In this document: positions 1 through 14,730 of the stretch, piece by piece
Layout of the letters: every line of letters starts with the position of its first letter
Position numbering within the stretch: position 1 is the first letter of the stretch
Source: Eledone cirrhosa
Lineage: Eukaryota
NCBI GenBank assembly: GCA_964016885.1
Contig: OZ024742.1
Span: 170,748,001-170,812,000 of the forward strand
Direction: 5' to 3'
DNA: 64,000 nt
Translations under genes and position numbers: made by a program
Notes under the pieces: model-generated
Databases searched by the model: none
What the model was told of the DNA's origin: nothing
What the model saw: only the letters and a program-made list of their open reading frames with translations

Positions 1-1302
1 TGATGGCATAAAGAACAACAAAATGAAGGAATTGTTAAGAACTGAATACATTCGGAGAGTAAGGAGCATATTGAAGTCACATCTGAACAGCAGAAATGCC
101 ATAAGCGCAGTAAATTCCCGAGCTGTGTCTATTATTAGGTACAGTGCGGGAATTCTGAGATGGAATGTTGCTGAACAAAAAGAAATGGATAGGAAGACTA
201 GGAAGCTATTGACTATCTACAACATGTTCCACAAGAGGAGTGATGTCGATAGACTATACTTAAGGAGATCTGAGGGTGGAAGAGGTCTTATCAGCATAGA
301 GGACTGTGTTCAGATGGAGAAAAAAAACCTACACAAATACGTGACTGATAGTAAGGAGCCAATGCTCAGAACTGTACTGAAGGAGGAGACAATAGGCCAG
401 GGGATGTCCAAGGAGGAAATAACATCAAGGAGAAAGAGCAGCCTTCAGGAAAAATCCCTTCATAGTACCTTCTTTGAGAAAACTGAATTTAGAGATCCAC
501 AGACATGGAACTGGTTGAAAAGAGGAGACCTTAAAAAGGCTACAGAAGGAATGTTAATGGCTGCGCAGGAGCAGGCCCTCAAAACGAAGTGGTTGAAACA
601 CCATATTTACAAGGAGGAGGCTAGTCCACTGTGCAGGATCTGTGGAGAGAGAGAGGAGACTGTGGCTCACATTGTATCCGAGTGTAAACACCTAGCCCAG
701 ACCGACTATAAGGGCTGGAGACATGATATGATGGGCAGGGTGATCCACTGGCACCTGTGCAAAGTAAACAATTTACCACATTCTGAGAAGTGGTATGGGC
801 ATAAGCCAGAGGCGGTGATAGAAAACGATCAGGTGAAGGTGCTGTGGGATTTTAGGATACAGACGGACAAGAAACTGGAACACAATAGACCTGACCTGGT
901 GGTTGTGGACAAAGAAAAAAGATCGTGCCTGATTGTGGATGTGGCCTGCCCATTCGACACGAGAGTGCAAGAGAAGGAGAGGGAGAAAATTAACCGATAC
1001 CAGGACTTAAAGTGGGAGGTAAAAAGGATTTGGAACTGCCATGAAGTCAAAGTGATCCCGATTGTCATAGGCGCACTAGGGACTCTTCAAAAGTTTCCAG
1101 GGATGGTTAAAGAAAATCGTCCCTTCACGCTCTTTGGAACGCTTCAAAAGGCATGCTTGCTGGGAACAGCAAGAACCCTCCGATACGTCCTGAATGTCTG
1201 GGGCTGCAGGTAGTGGCTTGATATTCATTCCAACAGATTTTCCAGTTAACTAACATCAATGACTGAGACTCAAGGAGTAATAACAACAATAATAATAATA
1301 AT
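1..1302 (+). mobile_element. R4/Dong-like non-LTR retrotransposon, 3' part (post-RT region, CCHC knuckle, restriction-like endonuclease), copy 1
   Basis: ORF 23-1213 has RLYLRRSEGGRGL, CRICGEREETVAHIVSEC, RHD and PDLVVVDK...IVDVACPFD...EKINRY. It frameshifts near 1085 and is followed by a short 3' UTR and an (AAT)n tail. Confidence 0.9.
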
Positions 1303-1310
1303 AAAAATAT

Positions 1311-1893
1311 ATAAGGGCTGGAGACATGATGTGATGGGCAGGGTGATCCACTGGCACCTATGCAAAGTAAACAATTTACCACATTCTGAGAAGTGGTATG
1401 AGCATAAGCCAGAGTGGATGATAGAAAACGATCAGGTGAAGGTGCTGTGGGATTTTAGGATACAGACGGATAAGAAACTGGAACACAATAGACCTGACCT
1501 GGTGGTTTTGGACAAGGGAAAAAGATCGTGCCTGATTGTAGATGTAGCCTGCCCATTCGACACGAGAGTGCAAGAGAAGGAGAGGGAGAAAATTAACCGA
1601 TACCAGGACTTAAAGTGGGAGGTAAAAAGGATTTGGAACTGCCATGAAGTCAAAGTGGTCCCGATTTTCATAGGCGCACTAGGTACTATCTCAAAGAGTT
1701 TTCAAGGATGGTTAAATAAGATTAGTCCAGCCCCGCTTTTTGGAACACTTCAAAAGGCATGCTTGCTGGGAACAGCAAGAACCCTCCGATACGTCCTGAA
1801 TGTCTGAGGCTGCAGGTAGTGGCTTGATATGCATTTCAATAAACTTTCCAGTTAAATAACATCAATGACTGAGACTCAAAGAACAATAATAAT
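1311..1893 (+). mobile_element. R4/Dong-like element, 5'-truncated tandem copy 2 (RLE domain)
   Basis: Near-identical to about 708-1290. It starts directly after the (AAT)n tail of copy 1 and ends in its own (AAT)n tail. Confidence 0.9.
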
Positions 1894-1913
1894 AATACTA
1901 CTACTAATAATAA

Positions 1914-2898
1914 TGATTTCATTTATTAGCCACAAGGGCCGACATGTAGGGGACAATACAAAGACAGGGACAGTGGGGGTTTACAATAAGGTCGAGTAAA
2001 AGTGCACAATGGCAATACTAATTTAACAATGAAGATATAAAAATATAAAATAAACTGTGCATTAATATAACAAAATAAATTCCCCTATAGGGGGTGGACG
2101 ACCCAGGGTGACTCAGGTACCCCACCAATCCTGAACCACCCTGCGCTTCTAGGGAACCCAGGGAGAGCACGCCTCTCCTCAAGTTAGCTAGTCTATAAGC
2201 GCATGGTCAGAGTAGGCCCATTCACACGAGCCATTCTCGCCACATTCACCCACCTTTTAGCAAATGTACTGGGGGGTAGCACTTCTCTCTTCACCCTCTC
2301 CTTCCTTTCGAGGTGAAACTTGAAGAAGTTGATGAGGGATTGGCCGAAGAGAAAAGTGACTGTCTTCAGTCCTTTTAATCTGGTCCACCATATAACCTCT
2401 TTTGCAACGGCCACCAGACAGAGAAAAATTTCCTGCTCTTCCTGACCTAAGGAAGGCGGCGGGTCGATCTTCACTATAGACTCGGCCAATAGCCGGATCC
2501 GTTCCACACGCGACAGTAGCTGTTCGACATAACTCCACAAGTCAGTAATGCACGGACATTGGACAAGTGCGTGCAGAACGGTTTCGTCGCTCTGTGCGCA
2601 TCTTGGGCAGGTCCGTCTGACAGCACTTCCGTGCCTGTAGAGTTTATCCCGAACCGGCAGTGCCCCCCGGTAGCACTGCCGAGGGAGGTATTTCTGGAAA
2701 TTGTCCATCGTCCCCGCCTCGAAAGTCCTCCGGTACAGACTGGTCAGTTCGAATTCGTCGAGGCCGAAAGCTTCTCCGAGTGCGTCATCGCACTTGCCCA
2801 TCACTAATCTTCTATAGAACTCGAGAGTGGAAGTTCCACTGATCGCATTGCCCACCTGGTAGAGGGCAGTGAGTGCCTGGCAACATTCCAGGTGCCAT
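1914..2898 (-). mobile_element. Tx1/L1-clade LINE 3' fragment ending in (ATT)n
   Basis: ORF ending at 2193 (GALPVRDKL, TCPRCAQSDETVLHALVQCP) is homologous to the ORF2 C-termini at 22.8, 26.3 and 59.3 kb. The 3' end reads GCCCTTGTGGCTAATAAATGAAATC(ATT)n. Confidence 0.88.
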
Positions 2899-2903
2899 AA
2901 TAG

Positions 2904-3350
2904 AGCATAAGCCAAAGTCGGTGATAGAAACCGATCAGGTGAAGGTGCTATGGGATTTTAGGATACAGACGCAGAAGAAATTAGAACACAATAGGCCTGA
3001 CCTGGTGGTTTTGGACAAGGAAAAAATATCGTGCCTGATTGTAGATGTAGCCTGCCCATTTGAGACGAGAGTGCAAGAAAAGGGAGGGAGAAAATTAACC
3101 GATACCAGGACTTAAAGTGGGAGTTAAAAAGGATTTGGAACTGCCATGAAATCAAGGTCGTCCCGATTGTCATAGGCGCACTAGATACTATCTCAAAGAG
3201 TTTTCAAGGATGGTTAAATAAGATTAGTCCAGCCCCGCTTTTTGGAACACTTCAAAAGGCATGCTTGTTGGAAACAGCAAGAACCCTCCGATACGTCCTG
3301 AATGTCTGAGGCTGCAGGTAGCGGCTTGATATTCATTTCAACAAACTTTT
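2904..3350 (+). mobile_element. R4/Dong-like element, copy 3 (frameshifted RLE fragment)
   Basis: Near-identical to about 1400-1845 and lacks the final UTR and tail. Confidence 0.88.
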
Positions 3351-3360
3351 GTAATCTCTC

Positions 3361-3815
<455 letters not shown>

Positions 3816-4615
3816 TATATATATATATATATTCTCAGTAATCACAGGGAATTAAGAGGAGATTCAGTGAGCCAGGACACCAGAAGTTACCAATACTGTG
3901 GCTTCGACAATGTATTATATATACGTATTGTTCTTAAATAAAATGGGAATTGTTAAAATCTGAAATAAGGCTACAATATTTTTGCATTTAACTACACACC
4001 AGATTGTATGTATGAATTTGTAACTCCTGGTGGACTCGTTGGGGAAGCGTAGTGTCATACAATGTACTGGAGCATTTCTAAAATCTGGTGAAGTGCATTC
4101 CTTCTCCACGTTGGAACACAGCCTATTTCCCCGGAGAAGGAAACAGTGACAGAGAGACGTGAGAAAGAGATATAGAGGCATTTGCTTCTTCCACCTCGTA
4201 AAGATGAAAGGTAAAGTTTGAATTTGAACTCACTACAGAGAGCCAAAAACAAATACTGCAACGCATACTACCCTGCCAATGCGCCGCCTTCACACAAGAT
4301 TACTCTGGAGCAAAATACCTCATTCAACTATAGTTGAATAGTAATTAGTTCTTAGTTCTGAGGTCTCCCTGCATCTTGAGATGTACAAGATAACAAGCTT
4401 CCACCATCACGGTTGATCTGTTGCGGTTCTCTTATCACATGTCCAACTAATTTCTGAAATCCTTTTGGAATGTTCATCACTAGCTGTTCTTGGACCGGTC
4501 CCCCCTCTGCATTCTCTTCCGCTTTGACTATAACATTGCAGGCCGACTGGCTGACAGACACATTATGTGAGCCGCCTAACGAAACTGACTCCATGATGTT
4601 TTACAGTGTTTAGTA

Positions 4616-5035
4616 CAGAGGTCTCAAACACGCGGCCCGCAAACTACTTTTCTATGGCCCACGGCAGAACAATTTTCGTGACGAATATTTTTCTAAAATT
4701 AAAATTTGGTAATTTGTCCTACTCTTGTAATTTACCTACGAAATACAATAAAATGGAAAAAACGGAATTTATTAAAAGTAAAAAAGAAATAAGGAAAATC
4801 TGCACCAGAAAATCTGTCTCCCTACATATTGTAATAATTTCCATACACCACTTACTATCATATATGTATTCATTTTGATAAAGAAAAAATAGCAGCCTAC
4901 CAGCTGTATTAGCAGTATAACTGGAGGAAAACCGCCCCCACCACAAATCCTATTTTTGGCCCGCTAGGCCTCACCCCCTAGACAGAATAGACCTTCTGAG
5001 ACCTTGTGGTTGAAACCCTGAGATTGAGACACCTT
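4616..5035. mobile_element. Degenerate hAT-type MITE
   Basis: Starts CAGAGGTCTCAAAC-ACGCGGCCCGC and ends GGCCCGC...TTGAGACACC, i.e. imperfect TIRs with GGCCCG subterminal motifs. No clean TSD is visible. Confidence 0.5.
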
Positions 5036-5082
5036 ATCTAGTATATGATCCGTAAAACAATTTCATCATGTGTGACTTTGTG

Positions 5083-5272
5083 TCAGGTCACTCTTGAGTG
5101 ATACTGGTAACATGTAACCCAGTACAACCTGTCGCATGGTCCGGTCGTCGGCGACTAAACCAGCAAACCAACCAAGCTTGCTTTGTGAGGAAGGTGATTT
5201 TGGACACCCTGCTGGACGAGAAAAAAACCTGAAAAAGAGTGGAGGAACTCATAAGAGTCAACGGCCATCCAA
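5083..5272 (+). mobile_element. 5' part of a dispersed ~520-bp non-coding retroposon family (family X)
   Basis: Homologous to 13347-13540 and, in reverse complement, to about 10750-10938. Confidence 0.7.
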
Positions 5273-5322
5273 TAGTGTAAATGTGTATAAATGTAGATCA
5301 GGGTTTGTGTGGGATTGATTGC

Positions 5323-5812
5323 GCAGTGCAATGAAAGAATTCAGTCAAAGAACAAGACAGTACCCCAGTATGGCCAAAGTCTAATGACAGAATTCAGTAA
5401 ACAAATAAGATGATACTCCAGCATGGCCGCAGTGTAATGAGAGAATTTAGTAACAGAATAAGACAGTACCCCTGTATTGCCACAGTCTTATGACAGAACT
5501 CAGTAAACGAATAAGATAGTACTCCAGTATGGCCGCAATGTAATGACAGAATTCATTAAAAAACATTAAGGCAGTAACCCCAGCATGTACGCAGTCTAAT
5601 AACAGAACTCAGTAAACGAATAAGATGGTACTCCAGCACGGCCGCAATGTAATGACAGAATTCATTAAAAAAATTAAGGTAGTAACCCCAGTATGGCCAC
5701 AGTCTAATGACAGAACTCAGTAAACGAATAAGATAGTACTCCAGCATGACCGCAGTCTAATGAAAAAGAACTCAGTAAATGAATAAAAGAATAAGAGAAT
5801 AAGAGAAGATAA
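5323..5812 (+). repeat. ~53-bp tandem repeat, about 9 units, resembling a SINE 3' terminal module
   Basis: Unit is approximately GCAGTCTAATGACAGAACTCAGTAAACGAATAAGATAGTACTCCAGCATGGCC. The array ends in an (AAGAAT)-like tail. Confidence 0.85.
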
Positions 5813-6081
5813 GAATGGTAATAATTTCAGTAGAAATTTCTAGTGAGCCAGTTTAGTATTACTTGTTGGTAGAGCCACTATTACGAACGGTTATATGAAC
5901 ATACAGTAAGCAGAATATAGTCAGCTTACCCATTAACAAGACGTTCATTACTGACTTAGTATATATGTCAGATTATATTATATACTAATGGAGACTGTAG
6001 ACTAAAGACTTTAATGTCTAGAAACAATACACACGCTTACACACATATATATATATATGTATATGTATGTATGTTTGTAAG

Positions 6082-6084
<3 letters not shown>

Positions 6085-6162
<78 letters not shown>

Positions 6163-6166
6163 ACGT

Positions 6167-6242
<76 letters not shown>

Positions 6243-6306
6243 GCACACACACACACACACACACACCCACACACACACACACACAAATACACACAAACAC
6301 ACACAC
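6085..6306. repeat. (CA)n microsatellite, one of many
   Basis: Directly visible. Confidence 0.98.
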
Positions 6307-6413
6307 ATATATATATGCAAACTAATTGTAGATATGAGTGTATCATTTATGATTATATATAAAATACAGATATGTATAAACATATATTGATCTCTTTCTT
6401 CTCATCTACCTCC

Positions 6414-6459
<46 letters not shown>

Positions 6460-6578
6460 CGGAAGAGAGAGAGATATTATATACATATTCATAAACGATA
6501 CACACACATGTAATACGCACATAATACTCACACACTCACTAACACACATACACGCACACGCACACATAAATATATCCC

Positions 6579-6615
<37 letters not shown>

Positions 6616-6651
6616 TTATCTATCTATTTATCTATTTATCTATCTATTTAT

Positions 6652-6699
<48 letters not shown>

Positions 6700-6735
6700 T
6701 TATCTATCTATTTATTTATCTATCTATCTATCTAT
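6579..6735. repeat. (ATCT)n microsatellite without an adjacent LINE
   Basis: Directly visible. Confidence 0.97.
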
Positions 6736-7340
6736 CAATATATCCATATCTCTCTCTCTATATATAAATATAGATTTAAAATTAGTTTATACGCCTGGTG
6801 TGTGTGCGTGTGTGTGCGTGCGTGTGTGCGTGCGTGTGTGCGTGTGTGTGTGTAGCAATATATCATCATTATAAGTCGACGGACCAATTTTTCCACAGCC
6901 AATTAGGCAGAAATATGAAATTTGCTTTGAAAATTAGTCACGAAGAAGAAGAAGAAGATGTCGTAATTACATCTACAGCTAAATGCTTGCCTTGCATGCA
7001 ATCTTGGAGACGGAACTGAAAACTAAAAAGAAATTTTACCAAAAACGTAGAGAGGCAAATTGATAGTGTGTAAGGCCAGGAACTAAAACAAGCTAATGAA
7101 AGAATTTATTGAATGGAAACTGTATCGATTAGAAAACCTATTGCTGACATCATTTAAAAACGATTTAAGTCTTTTGAACAGCTTTAAAAGCCACAAAGCC
7201 ACGCATTGAAGCAAAACTCGGAACATATTACATTGGGAGGAATGACATATACTGCAGCAAATATTCATGTTGCTAAATAGACTCACACACAAACGTATCT
7301 ACACATATGTAGATACGGAGAAAGACAGGGAGGTAGAGTC

Positions 7341-7447
<107 letters not shown>

Positions 7448-7453
7448 TGTATG

Positions 7454-7508
<55 letters not shown>

Positions 7509-7527
7509 GGAGAAAGAGAGGTAGAGT

Positions 7528-7560
<33 letters not shown>

Positions 7561-7641
7561 GTGGAAAGAGAGAGAGAGGAGGAGGAGGAAAGAGGGAGAA
7601 TGGGGGATAGAGAACGAGTGAAAGACACACACACAGAAAGA

Positions 7642-7685
<44 letters not shown>

Positions 7686-8048
7686 CTTATAGAGAGATCC
7701 CAATGAATCTGTAAGACAAAGATATTTGAGCGGGACAAGTTGCTGGTGAATAGGATATTATCGACTGAATAACATGCCAATTACAAACTTATTAATTAAG
7801 ATTATTAGCAATGAAAGAAATAGATTGTAATAATCTGCCACACACACACACATATACACAAACACACACATATAGACATACACAAACACACACACATACA
7901 CAAACACACACACATATATAAACATACACAATCACACATATACACATACACAAACGCATATATATATACACATGCACAAAGACACATACCCACATACATT
8001 CATTTTATTTCCCGTTAGCGTGTGTTAATGGAAAACAATTACGTGTTA

Positions 8049-8114
<66 letters not shown>

Positions 8115-8190
8115 GCTGCTGGAGAGAAGGCCTTCTCGGGCGATAAGGAATTAAAAGGAACTTATATATGCGTTACATTAACACATTAAC

Positions 8191-8248
<58 letters not shown>

Positions 8249-8397
8249 GATTAAATCTCCACTACGGTAACCCTTCTACCTTTGTTTTGTTTTCATCTTT
8301 GTCTCTCTCAATTTTCACTTTCACCTGTTTTTCCTATCTATCTTTCACTTCCTACCTCGAGATTTCCCTCTGCATTGTTGTGGCTTTCTTAACTACG

Positions 8398-9146
<749 letters not shown>

Positions 9147-9159
9147 ATATATATATATA

Positions 9160-9909
9160 TATCAACTAGAAATTGATTGACATATATATATATCTAAAAT
9201 AAACATATGAAACAATCACAGGGAATAATTTGTAAAAGTGTGTAAGCACACATAGCTATGTAGGTAACTAATTAAAGTTTAACTAGAACTTTAAAAATAG
9301 ATACCTTATAAATGGATTAATCTTCCTTGTATATATTTCATTAAAGAAATATATTTCACCATTAATCTTTCGGTACACTACAGTAGCCAAATCCGGATTT
9401 TCAACAAGGAAGAAGACTTAACTATTTGTGTTTACACAGCAAATCCAAATCTGCGAATGGCTAGTAGCACGTGTTGCACTTATCAAAAATATACACATCG
9501 TACCAGCTTCATCCCAGTGGCGTGAATAGGGTTATCGACAACTATAAATAGCAGTCGAGTCCTTTCAACTGAGTTAGCTCAAACTGTGGTTTACCGAAAG
9601 ATTGATGGTGAAATATATTTCTTTAATGAAATATATACAAGGAAGATTAATCCATGTATAAGGTTTCTATTTTTAAAGTTCTAGTTAAACTTTAATTAGT
9701 TACCTACATAGCTATGTGTGCTTACAGACGTTTACAAATTATTTCCTGTGATTGTTTCATATGTTTATTTTAGATATATATATATGTCAATTAATTTCTA
9801 GTTGATATAAAATGCTCGGATCTATTCATTGGAATCTTGGAGCATATTCTACAGTGGATATGGTGCATGTCTCTCTGACATGACACCCTTAAATTAATTT
9901 AATTTAATT

Positions 9910-9913
<4 letters not shown>
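9160..9913. mobile_element. Fold-back module with ~220-bp arms, ~200-bp loop and ~105-nt right tail
   Basis: About 9160-9382 is the reverse complement of about 9585-9808, flanked by (TA)n. No clear ribozyme core was found. Confidence 0.8.
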
Positions 9914-9964
<51 letters not shown>

Positions 9965-10156
9965 ATTAGTATATATACCAACATATGCGTACAGATGTAC
10001 ACTAATGCTAGTAAATACATAAGTTATGTCATAGTACCTAGGTGGTTCAATGCAGGAGGATGCAGAACAATTATATGAAAGACGTAAAATAAGAAAATTT
10101 TAAAAATTAAAAATTAACTTACTTACTAAAATTTTCACTCCAACTAATTAGTTTCT

Positions 10157-10267
10157 GTGGCTGAGTGGTTAGAGAATTGGATTCGCAATCGTAAGGTTGT
10201 GAGTTCGATTCCTGGACCAGGCGATGCGTTATGTCCTTGGGCAAGACACTTTATTTCACGTTGCTCC
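10157..10267 (+). mobile_element. tRNA-derived SINE head with CORE-like domain
   Basis: A box TGGCTGAGTGG and B box GAGTTCGATTCC, followed by GTCCTTGGGCAAGACACTT. Confidence 0.8.
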
Positions 10268-10380
10268 TTCTACCTGGAGTTGCGACCGATAGATAGTATT
10301 AGCAATTGGAAAGACCAACGGAAACATTGTTCCCTCGGTCCGATTTGACGAAAGTCGATCGTTCCTTGTATATATATATG

Positions 10381-10938
10381 TACATATCATGGCTGCAACT
10401 CGATTTCGAGTAATGGCATCGCTTCGTACATAAGCATGAAAATCACGGACGTGGCTTTTTAGTCCTGTTAGGGACTTGTCTACTTGTCTATGGCCAGTAT
10501 TACCGTGCATCGCAAAAGATTTCATATATCAATCGGTGCCTGTGCTTGAAGATTTTTTAAATGAGGAAAGGCTTTGCACGGGGCCAATCCAACTCTCTGA
10601 ACATCGAATGCATTTGACCCAAAAAGAAGAACTGGTCTACGTCATTGGATGCAAATGAAGTTTTTATATCATAGTGGCCTTCCTAGAGAGATGTCTAAAT
10701 GAAGACTAGGAGTCTCTCAATCTACAAAAAAAAAACAAAAAAACTTTATTGAATGGCCGTTGACTCTCCTGAGTTCCTTCGCCCTTTGACGGGTTTTGTT
10801 TTTCATTCCGCGTGGTGTCTAAATTCACCCTCCTCACCAAGCAAGCTTGGTGGGGTTGCCGGTTTAGACGCCGATGATCCGACTATGCACAGGTTGTACT
10901 GGGTTACATGTTACCAGTAGCACTGAAGAGTGACCTGA
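10381..10938 (-). mobile_element. Family X non-coding retroposon, near full length
   Basis: Reverse-complement homology to 13347-13863. It ends GCAGCCATGATATGTA into a simple repeat. Confidence 0.7.
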
Positions 10939-10982
10939 CATGCACACATTTGTACACATACATAAATGAACGAACATAAATG

Positions 10983-11087
<105 letters not shown>

Positions 11088-12422
11088 GTGTGTGTCTGGC
11101 TAGGCTTCTGCCTGCTACTGGTACGATGTAACCGGGTACAACATGCCTCATGGTCGAAGCACACAAAGAAAGAGCTGCTAAACACCTTAGAGTCAACGGC
11201 CACCCACTCCAATTATGGGTTAAATATTCTCACCAACCCGCAATTGAACAAGCGTGGTGAGTACAGCTACACTACAGAAGACATGACCAAAATCAAAAGC
11301 TGTGGAGGTCAACCAGGTAGGGGTTCCTCCAACAGGAGTGAGAAAGCCCTTGATTGGATTGGATATATGCATGATCGTAAGACATGGAGAAATACAATTA
11401 AACCAGGGTGTCAATTATGGGATGAAACGAAAAAAAACAAGAGGAGTTAAAACGGGCCCTAAGAAAGGTGGAATCGGTAGAGCTTGAAAATGTTGATTAT
11501 TGGGCCAGCAAATTCTTACATTTGGACACTTGATCTTTGCTCTTTGAACTCTGCTGCTGGGGATCGAACTTTGTAGTGAGAGATATCACATGTTGATGCC
11601 CAGTCTGCAACTGGCAGAGTTTAGCGTCACAAGAGAGAGATTCTTACACGAGTGTACGATTCGCACACCAATGGAGGAAGAGTTAGAGTAAGTCCTGCGT
11701 GAAGGAGTCGGTATATTCTTCAGGGAATAATCAATCTCATGGAGGTCCATCTTCACATTGTGTCGGGTACTCGGATATATAGAGCGCTCAACAGTTTAAA
11801 GTGGTTTGCTAATCGTACACTCAAGTAAAAATCTGCTGGTCACAATAAGTTTCTGGAGTTGGTTACTGTAGTAAAAGTTAGGTGGAAATATCCATAGGAC
11901 GAGTTTAGTATAATTAATTACAACAGTGACATAAACAGGTACTCAAGTTTAAACAAAGGCAGGTAATTTAGAAATTACTTAGAAAAAAGTTTTCTTTTAA
12001 AATTAAATTCTTTGAGTCAGCTAGAAAAAAATATTTTTCTTCTATTTTTATTCAAGTTTGACTGTGGTCTCTCAAGAGTTACCTCCCTTGATCTTACCTT
12101 CTAATAAAAAAAACAAACTCTTTTTTCTTATGATATATTCGTAAAAGGAATGCACAATCAACCCTAGACAGCCATCTTTCTTTTTCTTTTTCTTATGACA
12201 GGCTGAATGAGTTGGGGTCCAGAACCCAACGATATTTGAGCACCTGTTTATGTCACTGTTGTAATTATTTATAATTGGCTACTACCATGACTACCTCTCT
12301 CTATATACGCAAGATTCCATTTTCCAGTCTCCTTCTCAGCAAGAAAGATGAACAAACTTGCCTCAACACTTAATTTTTAATTTTTAATCTTTAACTCTTT
12401 TTAATTCTTTTTAATTTGATAA

Positions 12423-12472
12423 GATACATTTGATAAGATGATTTTACTACTACATCGAAACCGGTTATATTT
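12423..12472 (+). ncRNA. Degenerate minimal hammerhead motif
   Basis: TTGATAA-GATG...CATC-GAA-ACCGGT-T. Stem II pairs and stem III is palindromic, but the core is mutated. Confidence 0.45.
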
Positions 12473-12605
12473 TATATATTTTATATACATTATAAAACTC
12501 TTAAAATAATTGTCTCTATCATTTTTTCAATAATGTTCACTTTGACGATTCAAAGATAGGAAGAAAAAAAAATAGAACTTTCATTGTAGGAACCGCACGT
12601 ACGAG

Positions 12606-12637
<32 letters not shown>

Positions 12638-12952
12638 CATGCACACACACTTACACACACACGCACACTTACACACACACTTACACATACACACACACGC
12701 ACGCACACACAAAGACACACAATGTCAGGCATATAAGGTTGGAGTCTCTCAAATCAGTTAACTTTATTGATCTAAATGTTTAGAATAAATACAAGATCGG
12801 ACGACTGAACTGGAAATATTCTAGTTTCTTTATCAGAACCAGGTTCATGGATTCTAAAATTATTGGCTGAATTTATCATACATCCGGGCATATTTACATA
12901 GGAAAATATGATACCATTTATAGACATCTATTATATTATCATGTGTATTAGT

Positions 12953-12977
<25 letters not shown>

Positions 12978-12988
<11 letters not shown>

Positions 12989-13342
12989 GTGTGTGTATAT
13001 ATATATGTATGTACGTATGCATGCATGTGTGTATGTATGTATGTATGTATGTATGTATGTATGTATGTATGTATGTATGTATGTATGTATGTATGTATGT
13101 ATGTATGTATGTATGTGTGTGTGTGTATGTGTGTATGTATGTATGTATGTATGTATGTATGTATGTATGTATGCATGTATGCATGTATGTATGTATGTAT
13201 GCATGCATGTATGTATGTGTGTATGTATGTGTGTATTTATGTAAGTATGTATGCATGTATGCATGTATGTATGTATGTATGTATGTATGTATGTATGTAT
13301 GTATGCATGTATGTTTGTATGTATGTATGTATGTATGCATGT
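12978..13342. repeat. (ATGT)n microsatellite
   Basis: Directly visible. Confidence 0.97.
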
Positions 13343-13346
13343 ATTT

Positions 13347-13863
13347 CAGGTCGCTCTCGAGTGCTACTGGTAACATGTAACCCAGTGCAACCTGTCTCAT
13401 GGTCGGGTCGTCGTCAACTAAACCAGCAACCCCACCAAGCTAGCTTGGTGAGGAGGGTGATATTTGGACACCCAGCGGGATGAAATACAAGACCCGGCAA
13501 AGGTCGGAGGAACTCAGCAGAGTCAACGGTCATCCAAATAGTATTTTTTTCTTTTCACCTGGGAGTGAAAGGCCCCCAGTTGTCGTCACAACACCTTTCT
13601 AGGAGAGGGAAACTCTGAAAAAAAATCTGCGGCTTCGGAAGCATCCGATGATGTTGACCAGTTATCCTTTTCATGTAGTGTTTTCGATGCTCAGAAAGTG
13701 AGATTGGCCGAGTGCAGGGCCTTTCCCCACTTCAAAAACCTTCAAAGCACAGGCATTGCTTGTTCAGGATATGTTACAGATTCGTGTGGCTGGCCGTAGC
13801 CTAAAAGTGCAACAAACTCTATAATCTGACAAGCAATGCGCTTAGCACAGTTTCCAACCATCA
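13347..13863 (+). mobile_element. Family X non-coding retroposon flanked on both sides by (ATGT)n
   Basis: Dispersed homologues at 5083, 10381 and 33108. It has no ORF and its 3' end CCATCATGTATG runs into the repeat. Confidence 0.75.
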
Positions 13864-13972
13864 TGTATGTATGTATGTATGTATGTATGTATGTATGTAT
13901 GTATGTATGTATGTATGTATGTATGTATGTATGTATGTATGTACGTATATACATACACATATACACACACAC

Positions 13973-14003
<31 letters not shown>

Positions 14004-14020
14004 TATATATACATATATGT

Positions 14021-14112
<92 letters not shown>

Positions 14113-14389
14113 TGTGTGAGTGTATGTATCAGACCCACACACACACATTTATACATATATACATAATTAATCATATCATAGGAAAATATTAATACTTAAG
14201 AACAATGCGGAAATCCTACAATGGTAGAAATCTGATGTTACGATAAAAAAAATAGACTTCAGTGATGAATGACTTTTATATTAGCTTCTTTATCTGGTTC
14301 ATAATTCTCCCGCTCCGCCCACCCTCTCTCTCTATATATATATATATATTTCTCTCTCGCTGAAAAAAAAAAAAAAAATATATAAATAA

Positions 14390-14480
<91 letters not shown>

Positions 14481-14631
14481 AATAATGGAGCTGCGGCGCT
14501 GCAAATGGGTTACATATGAAAAAGTTTGTCCTCATCAGTGGCCTTCCAACCGTCGTAGGCATTAAATATATATATATATCTTTGATTCATAACTCTCTCT
14601 CTCTTCCTCCTCTCTCTCTGTATATATATAT

Positions 14632-14730
<99 letters not shown>

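Noticed and set aside
4352-4594. 80-aa ORF with LVGHVIRE...GRP
   Set aside because: It is at most a faint RTE C-terminal relic and too weak to call.
10157-10230. tRNA gene
   Set aside because: It has A and B boxes but no proper acceptor stem and runs into a SINE core domain.
13347-13430. Possible HDV-like ribozyme at the 5' end of family X
   Set aside because: I could not build the P1/P1.1/P2/P3 nested pseudoknot in the correct order by eye.
14525-14545. CTGATGAGGAC on the minus strand
   Set aside because: There is no matching stem II or GAAA downstream.
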